Shown piece after piece: positions 42,198 to 47,592 of a DNA stretch of 47,592 bases; within the stretch, counting starts at the first letter, position 1, and the number at the start of each line of letters is the position of its first letter. The position numbers were made by a program, and so were the translations under genes. This DNA is from Candidatus Moranbacteria bacterium RIFCSPHIGHO2_01_FULL_54_31. Its GTDB lineage: Bacteria; Patescibacteriota; Minisyncoccia; Moranbacterales; UBA1568. The notes under the pieces were generated by a model. The model was given only the letters and a program-made list of their open reading frames with translations. It ran no database searches and was not told the DNA's origin. The stretch is taken from contig MFRV01000004.1 of assembly GCA_001784695.1 (NCBI GenBank), forward strand, positions 1-47,592. The letters are read 5' to 3'.

Positions 42198-42225
42198 GAT
42201 TTTAGTTTCCATATAACGCGTCATT

Positions 42226-42927
42226 ATGTATAAGAATATCATGCCACTGCTTTTCCTCGGACTGATGGTCAGTGTATTTTTTATGACCACCCCAATCGCT
42301 ATGGGACAGCCTGCTCCAGCCCCAGGTGGTGGCGCTATCCAGCCTAGCGGGACCGCCGGCACCGGCGCTATCCAGCCTAGCGGGACTCCTGCTGCCTCGG
42401 CTCCTCAGACTATCACCTTCACCAACCCTCTACGATTCCAGACGGTGGAAGAGGTGCTTGGCAGCCTCCTCAGTACGCTTCGCGGCATCATCGTCATCCT
42501 CTCTCTCGTCTTCATCGTCATCGGGGCGATACTCTACATCACGTCATCCGGCGATGAGGGCCGGATGAAGGTCGCGAAGGGCGCTATCACCGCCGCGATG
42601 ATAGGTCTCGCCATCGGCCTCGCCGCGCCGTCGTTCTTGAAAGAGATAGGTACTGTCCTCGGCTGGGGCGCGGTCAATAACGCCGAGGTAGCAGCAGCCC
42701 TCACCCTCTCCCAGATCGCGCGCAATGTGCTCGATTTCCTCCTCTCCATCGTCGGCATCCTCGCCATCATTATGCTGGTCGTCGGAGGCATTATGTACCT
42801 GACAGCCGCGGGCAACGAGGATCAGATTGATACCGGCAAGAAAATAGTGAAGTGGTCCATCGTCGGTATCGCCGTCGCACTGGCATCGCTCGTCATCGTG
42901 AGCCAGATCGCCGCGCTTTTCGTGTAG
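42226..42927 (+). CDS. Tandem double TrbC/VirB2-like pilin, paralog 5 (two pilin modules in one ORF)
   Basis: Signal peptide and a Pro/Gly repeat (GAIQPSGT twice). Module a: IIVILSLVFIVIGAILYITSSGDEGRMKVAKGAITAAMIGLAIGLA. Module b: LLSIVGILAIIMLVVGGIMYLTAAGNEDQIDTGKKIVKWSIVGIAVALASLVIV. Confidence 0.7.
   Translation: MYKNIMPLLFLGLMVSVFFMTTPIAMGQPAPAPGGGAIQPSGTAGTGAIQPSGTPAASAPQTITFTNPLRFQTVEEVLGSLLSTLRGIIVILSLVFIVIGAILYITSSGDEGRMKVAKGAITAAMIGLAIGLAAPSFLKEIGTVLGWGAVNNAEVAAALTLSQIARNVLDFLLSIVGILAIIMLVVGGIMYLTAAGNEDQIDTGKKIVKWSIVGIAVALASLVIVSQIAALFV
42331..42386 (+). repeat. Perfect 23-nt direct repeat with 33-nt period inside pilin paralog 5
   Basis: GGCGCTATCCAGCCTAGCGGGAC at 42331-42353 and 42364-42386, encoding GAIQPSGT twice. 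Confidence 0.8.
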
Positions 42928-42940
42928 CATACAAATCAGG

Positions 42941-42990
42941 CAAAAAGAAAACGGACAGCACAAGTGTTACTTGCTGTCCGTTGTTGTTTG
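42941..42990. terminator. Bidirectional terminator between the pilin array and the SPFH operon
   Basis: 11-bp perfect stem AACGGACAGCA / TGCTGTCCGTT (42950-42982), flanked by an A-rich 5' side and a T-rich 3' side. Confidence 0.6.
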
Positions 42991-43003
42991 TGATGAAGGC
43001 AGT

Positions 43004-43750
43004 TCAGCCGCACTTCTTCACGGTGATATGGAGCGTCCCTTCTCCCCCATAATTTATTTCAGTAGGGAAGTTATTCACATCCATATCAATGTCAGTTTTC
43101 CCATTCGCGATGAAGGCATGCTTCGTTCCGGCGAAAATGGGCTGGCCATTGATGTGGAGGATGAAAGCCCCGTATGGTTTGTCAGGAAACAGATTCGGAT
43201 AAACCAAGGGGATACCCTGGTGTTCCAAGTCCGGACCCGCGAGCCATACTGTCCCATCTGGACGTGTGCCATCAGCGCGAATAACCTGATTGAAAATGGA
43301 ATGGGCATCGGTGGTATGGAAGTGATTCTGGGTTCTTTGCCCAGATGCTTCTATGATGTAGCGGCCCGGATCCGTGAAATGGAGAGTCACCAATGCCTGT
43401 CGCCCTTTCGACGGTTCAAAATCCGTTTCGTGGAGGATGAGGCATTGTGCCGGTGACCTGAAGGTCAACCAAGCGATACATACGCCGATGAGAATGACTG
43501 CTGCCCAGCATAGCTTGCCCCACAGCTTGGACTCTTTTGGAGTCTTGGTCTGCGAGGCTGGAGCAGCGGATGTAGCGGATGTGACAGAAGAATTCTGTCG
43601 GCTATTCCACTTTTCTATCGCCCAGATGCTATACTGTTTCCAGAGAAAGACGAGGAAGCCGATGATGAGGCCGATAATTGCGCCCCACCAAAACTGTCCT
43701 GTCAGCGCTCCCGCGATGAACGAGAGTCCTAGAATAATGCCGTAGATCAT
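43004..43750 (-). CDS. Membrane protein partner of the SPFH gene, with a C-terminal beta-rich (possibly PA-IL/LecA-like) domain
   Basis: The start overlaps the SPFH stop by ATGA (43747-43750). Two or three TM helices and a Ser-rich linker. The C-terminal YGAFILHINGQPIFAGTK...DMDVNNFPTEINYGGEGTLHITV resembles the PA-IL lectin sequence pattern by eye only. Confidence 0.55.
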   Translation of the reverse strand: MIYGIILGLSFIAGALTGQFWWGAIIGLIIGFLVFLWKQYSIWAIEKWNSRQNSSVTSATSAAPASQTKTPKESKLWGKLCWAAVILIGVCIAWLTFRSPAQCLILHETDFEPSKGRQALVTLHFTDPGRYIIEASGQRTQNHFHTTDAHSIFNQVIRADGTRPDGTVWLAGPDLEHQGIPLVYPNLFPDKPYGAFILHINGQPIFAGTKHAFIANGKTDIDMDVNNFPTEINYGGEGTLHITVKKCG

Positions 43751-44874
43751 GATGCGTTCCTCCTTCGCGGTGTCAAGGGACCCTTACTTGGTCTTTCAGA
43801 TACTTTTTCCGACGAAGCTTGCGCGACGGCTGCCGCGGGCTCTTGCACGGGAGTATCCGATGCAGGGCTGGCAGGCGGTGTTGGCGAGGGAGGTTGATTT
43901 CCGCCATCGAGGACACCTTTGACCATTCCTGCCATACTGGCTAGCTGGCTCAACATCCCGCTTTCGCTTGTGGCGATGACGGTGGTTGACGTTTTCGCGA
44001 GAGCCTTTGTGGACCCTTGGGCGAGCACGTACGCTGCAGCATTTGCAGGATCAAGCCCGGCACCTGCTACAGCTTTGATCCGGGCAAACTCACCTTCACC
44101 AGCAAGCGAAGCTGCCTGCTTTTCGCCCTCGGCTATCGTTATTTCCGCAGTCTTTTGACTTTCTGCCCCGATGATCAGGACTTGCGCATCCGTCGTCGCC
44201 GCGAGCCGGCGCAGACGAATGGCGGACTCCTTTTCAGCCAGAATGAACTCGATGATGTCCACGGTAATAATTTTGACACCCCACCCTGCGAACATGGCAT
44301 GCAGTGTCTTATTTCCCATAACCTTCTTTTCTACAATAGTCTTCATTTTGTCTGTATTGGCTACGTTGAAATCGTATGATCCGAACAAACTCCGAAACTC
44401 TGCTTCGAGCTTGTTCAGCGTCGCCCGTTCGTAACCCTTGAGGACAATAGAGATTGATTGACCCGATTCGTTAGTAGACTTGAGCTGCAGATCCGTCTCT
44501 TCCACCGCGTAGGTGGCCAGGAGAGGATTTATGACTTGGTAGATGACCTGAATCAGGGCGCCTGCCTGCATATCCGCGAAGTCAATAGGATCCGGCCTGC
44601 CTACTCCCTTGCCCTCGCCCATTCCCATATGGATCGTGATCGGCTTTTCGGCTACGTTCAGTCGGTTTCGGACAAACATAATTGGTTTAATCGGAAACCA
44701 GAGAATATGGAGACCAGGTTCCCATGGATAAGCTATTGTTGGTATTCCTGGGAAGAGGTTAATTTCGATTACCCAGTTATCGGGTTTGTGAGTCCACTTG
44801 ATTGCTAGGGAGAGGTAGAGGACCAGGATTCCGATCACCACTTCCCAAAATGCTGGAGAGAGAAAAAAATTCAT
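43747..44874 (-). CDS. SPFH/Band-7 (stomatin-prohibitin-flotillin-HflK/C) domain protein
   Basis: GGAG RBS. N-terminal TM and an SPFH core, followed by the coiled Ala/Glu-rich region IAEGEKQAASLAGEGEFARIKA typical of the family. Pro/Ser-rich tail. Confidence 0.75.
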   Translation of the reverse strand: MNFFLSPAFWEVVIGILVLYLSLAIKWTHKPDNWVIEINLFPGIPTIAYPWEPGLHILWFPIKPIMFVRNRLNVAEKPITIHMGMGEGKGVGRPDPIDFADMQAGALIQVIYQVINPLLATYAVEETDLQLKSTNESGQSISIVLKGYERATLNKLEAEFRSLFGSYDFNVANTDKMKTIVEKKVMGNKTLHAMFAGWGVKIITVDIIEFILAEKESAIRLRRLAATTDAQVLIIGAESQKTAEITIAEGEKQAASLAGEGEFARIKAVAGAGLDPANAAAYVLAQGSTKALAKTSTTVIATSESGMLSQLASMAGMVKGVLDGGNQPPSPTPPASPASDTPVQEPAAAVAQASSEKVSERPSKGPLTPRRRNAS

Positions 44875-45152
44875 GATGTACTCCTTCTTTATGAAAAATT
44901 GTTAAAGTGCCTATGGTTACAACAGAGAATCTGTCGCTGTTACTTCTTAGGCACCGCCTAATTCTGTAACCTCACATTATACACCTAAAACGTATAAAAG
45001 TCAATAGTTTGATCGATAGGTTCAACAAGTAAGTGCAACACTGTAAGATTCAGTGTATGGCACACGCATATCGACAATTGAATATCGGGGAACAGGAAAG
45101 TATTCAGCAGGGGCTCTGAGAAGCGGGGGATATAATTTATTATATATACAGT

Positions 45153-45187
45153 AAAAAAAGAAAAGCCTTGTTAATCAACAAGGCTTT
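45153..45187 (-). terminator. Strong intrinsic terminator after the repeat-protein gene
   Basis: 11-bp perfect stem AAAGCCTTGTT-AATC-AACAAGGCTTT. On the minus strand it is followed by TCTTTTTTTAC. Confidence 0.7.
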
Positions 45188-45201
45188 AAGTATTGCTTTA
45201 T

Positions 45202-45840
45202 TTAACGAAAGTAGAGATAACCCAAAAAGAGCCAAACTGTTTCAACGACACTGGCGGCAAGGACGTCTTGGAAAATAGGCGGGTAAATTTCGCCATCCAA
45301 TTTTTTCCTAAGACAGAGACTGCCAACATTATCGCATTGCCGAGAATACATATCCGGCAGAGAGACGAGAGTCTCTTCACCTATTCCCACTGTTTCACTG
45401 GAAGCGGTTTGTAAAGAATACGCACGCCAGGTAGGGAAAAAGAAGAGCGCTATTACAAAAGGAATAAAAAGTATAAAGAGAATCATTCCAAAGATAGCAA
45501 GTATCATGAACCCCCAATCAGATGAATCGCTCGAACTTGAAGATGGCACTCCTGAATATCCACCACTAGAAGAACTGGTCTCTCTTTTCTTGGATTCTGA
45601 ACCCCAGAAGATTCCATGGTGAGAATGTTCCACATCACCAGTTTCCGTATTCACGCGCGTTATATTGTCGTTACCATCACGCTTGTCATCCCAAAGAATG
45701 CCCCAACCAGATTCTTCGACGGCACCGCTATCGGTATTGACTCTTGTCATCTGATTGTTGTCATCGCGTTTTGGATCCCAACAAATACCCCAGTCTGACT
45801 CTTCAATAATGCCAGTATCCTTGTTGATCCTTGTAGTCAT
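45202..45840 (-). CDS. Hypothetical membrane protein with three N-terminal ~27-aa repeats
   Basis: GAGGAG RBS. Repeats TRINKDTGIIEESDWGICWDPKRDDNNQM / TRVNTDSGAVEESGWGILWDDKRDGNDNI / TRVNTETGDVEHSHHGIFWGSESKKRE, then a poly-Ser linker, then a long TM segment. A strong terminator follows. Confidence 0.55.
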   Translation of the reverse strand: MTTRINKDTGIIEESDWGICWDPKRDDNNQMTRVNTDSGAVEESGWGILWDDKRDGNDNITRVNTETGDVEHSHHGIFWGSESKKRETSSSSGGYSGVPSSSSSDSSDWGFMILAIFGMILFILFIPFVIALFFFPTWRAYSLQTASSETVGIGEETLVSLPDMYSRQCDNVGSLCLRKKLDGEIYPPIFQDVLAASVVETVWLFLGYLYFR

Positions 45841-46089
45841 GATACTCTCCTCTCAAATTGTAAAAGAACGGATATATCTTTAAAGTCACATAATTCAATT
45901 GATATGTCAAGGGCCTTGCGTTCTCGATTACACATTTTAGTGGATTGACAAATGATAATTTATAAGCTATACTGGGCATATACAGTTGATGGAAGGTATG
46001 GAAGTTCGCTTGATGCGGGCTTTTTTTGTTCCTCATCTGACCATATATAATATGTAATCCATAAATCGTAATTTATTTATTCAAAGACT

Positions 46090-47451
46090 ATGGCAAAGAA
46101 GAAAATCGTCGCCGATGAAGCGGCAGCCGAAGACGGCAGCCTCTCGGGGCGTCTGGGCGAATTCGGCAGCGCGGTGATGCAGATCGCCGAAGAGAAGGGC
46201 ATCTCCAAGGAGCGCGTGCTCGAAGTCGTCGAAGCGGCACTTGCGGCTGCTTATAAAAAAGACTATGGCAAGAAAGGCCAGGTCATCCGCGCCGGCTTCG
46301 ATGAGGTGCAGAAGAGCGCGAGCTTTTTCCTCGTGAAAGAAGTCGTCGATGAGACGACACGCGAGTTCGTGGAGGCAAGCGATGAAGAGGCTGAAGAAGC
46401 AAGCGAGGCCAAAGAAGCGAGCGCACCCGAGGAAATCGACGATGACCGCCTGCCGCGTTTCAATCCGGAGCGCGATATGCTCCTTGCGGAAGCCAAGAAA
46501 TTGAAAAAGGGCATCAAGCTCGGCGAGACGATAGAATTGCCCCTCGAATCGCACGATGAGTTCGGCCGCGTGGCTGCTCAGACTGCCAAGCAGGTGATCA
46601 TCCAGCGTATCCGCGAAGCCGAACGCGAGACGATGTTCGAAGAATACAAGGAGAAGGAAGGCCAGGTCGTGAACGGCATCGTGCAGCGCGTCGAAGGGCG
46701 CAACGTGTTCGTCGATCTCGGCAAATCCATCGGCATCCTGTTCCCTTCCGAGCAGATCGAGGGGGAGAATTACCGTGTCGGCCAGCACCTGAAAGTGTTC
46801 CTCGTGCGCGTCGAATCGGATACCAAGGGACCGGGGCTGCTCCTCTCCCGCACGCATCCTGAGATGGTGCGCCACCTCTTCTCGCTCGAAGTGCCGGAAA
46901 TTTTCACCGGTACCGTAGAGATCAAGGCGATCGCCCGCGAGGCCGGTTCCCGCACGAAGATCGCCGTGTTCTCGGCGGAAGAAGGCGTCGACCCGATCGG
47001 CTCATGCGTCGGACAGAAGGGGACGCGCGTGCAGGCCATCATCGATGAGCTCGGCGGCGAGAAGATCGATATCATCGAATGGAATGAGAGCGAGGAGAAG
47101 TTCATCAGCGCCGCGCTATCGCCGGCCAAGGTGCTTTCCGTCCAGCTGTTCGAGGAAGAGAAGCGCGCCGTGGTCACGGTGCCGCAGGACCAGCTGTCGC
47201 TCGCTATCGGCAAACGCGGACAGAACGTGCGTTTGGCCGCGAAGCTTGCCGGCTGGAAGATCGACGTGACGAGCGAGGAAACAGTAGAGAATCAGGAATC
47301 AGGAATTGAGAATCAGGAAGAAGAAACTCCGGCAGCGCAAGAAAGCGTTGTTCTGGAAGCAGAAGCTGCGGAAGCATCAGAAAGCCTGAAGCCAGAAATA
47401 GAGAGCAAGAATCAAGACGAGGGAAATCAGGAAGCCGGAGAGGTAAAATAA
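46090..47451 (+). CDS. nusA: Transcription termination/antitermination factor NusA with an acidic insert and an acidic C-terminal tail
   Basis: S1 domain ([22 protein letters not shown]) and two KH domains ([17 protein letters not shown]; [25 protein letters not shown]). The tail is [13 protein letters not shown]. Confidence 0.9.
   Translation: MAKKKIVADEAAAEDGSLSGRLGEFGSAVMQIAEEKGISKERVLEVVEAALAAAYKKDYGKKGQVIRAGFDEVQKSASFFLVKEVVDETTREFVEASDEEAEEASEAKEASAPEEIDDDRLPRFNPERDMLLAEAKKLKKGIKLGETIELPLESHDEFGRVAAQTAKQVIIQRIREAERETMFEEYKEKEGQVVNGIVQRVEGRNVFVDLGKSIGILFPSEQIEGENYRVGQHLKVFLVRVESDTKGPGLLLSRTHPEMVRHLFSLEVPEIFTGTVEIKAIAREAGSRTKIAVFSAEEGVDPIGSCVGQKGTRVQAIIDELGGEKIDIIEWNESEEKFISAALSPAKVLSVQLFEEEKRAVVTVPQDQLSLAIGKRGQNVRLAAKLAGWKIDVTSEETVENQESGIENQEEETPAAQESVVLEAEAAEASESLKPEIESKNQDEGNQEAGEVK
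47287..47320 (+). repeat. AATCAGG-type heptamer array inside the nusA 3' coding region
   Basis: AATCAGG AATCAGG AATTGAG AATCAGG (47290-47317). Hand alignment gives 25 of 28 identical to the reverse complement of 27938-27966. Confidence 0.6.
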
Positions 47452-47456
47452 TCATC

Positions 47457-47485
47457 ATTCCAAATTCTTGATTCGAGATTCTTCG
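47457..47485 (-). repeat. Degenerate inverted copy of the heptamer array just after the nusA stop
   Basis: The reverse complement reads AATCTCG AATCAAG AATTTGG. It begins 6 nt after the nusA stop codon. Confidence 0.45.
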
Positions 47486-47553
47486 TTTGTTACGGAAATC
47501 TTTTAAAAAGAATCTCAGCGTACTAGCATAATAATTTCTTAAAAGAAACGCTT

Positions 47554-47592
47554 ATGAATCTCTGGCATGAAATTTCAGCGGGCGACGATGTG
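47554..47592 (+). CDS. ppa: Probable inorganic pyrophosphatase, first 13 codons only (runs off the window)
   Basis: MNLWHEISAGDDV resembles the (H/N)xWHD(I/L)..G N-terminus of family I pyrophosphatases. Only 39 nt are visible. Confidence 0.4.
   Translation, partial: MNLWHEISAGDDV

Noticed and set aside
27878-47485. Simple inversion between the two heptamer-repeat loci as the explanation for the split nusA/infB arrangement
   Set aside because: Mentally re-inverting the interval between the repeats does not bring nusA and infB into the canonical head-to-tail order, so a single inversion at these sites cannot be the explanation.

Overview
This is a 47.6-kb bacterial window. The housekeeping genes are visibly GC-rich, and several AT-richer accessory patches interrupt them. 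The mix of a minimal housekeeping backbone, many small membrane-anchored hypotheticals and an array of TrbC/VirB2-like two-helix pilin genes looks most like a Candidate Phyla Radiation (Patescibacteria-type) genome. That assignment is inference only.

Backbone genes: FMN reductase, pirin, dnaG-rpoD, tRNA-Asn, SDR, SET-domain protein, RsuA-type pseudouridine synthase, tRNA-Leu, tRNA-Pro, cca, infB, tRNA-Ser, a methyltransferase, a sugar-type solute-binding protein, typA, GH28, GT39, nusA and the first 13 codons of a probable ppa.

Accessory content:
- An AT-rich patch directly after tRNA-Asn carries a secreted CHAP-CARDB hydrolase, small secreted proteins and an atypical metzincin-like protease.
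- An approximately 10.5-kb copper/metal island runs csoR, multicopper oxidase, HMA-TauE-cupredoxin fusion, CopA, DUF302, SHOCT, DUF2933, a second P1B ATPase with a CPD motif, and a CuA-like cupredoxin. A textbook CsoR operator is embedded in its promoter.
- Five tandem pilin-like genes (six pilin modules) have shared Cys-rich decorations and no secretion ATPase in view. This is the best candidate for an undescribed system.
- An AT-richer SPFH operon sits next to a repeat protein.

Non-coding signals:
- A roughly 157-nt three-way-junction element lies between tRNA-Pro and a small ORF.
- A 128-bp MITE-like insertion with 20-nt terminal inverted repeats (TIRs) and a TATG duplication splits a methyltransferase/SBP gene pair.
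- AATCAGG-type heptamer arrays sit at the 3' ends of both infB and nusA, which are unlinked here.

I found no CRISPR array, rRNA, transposase, integrase or reverse transcriptase.
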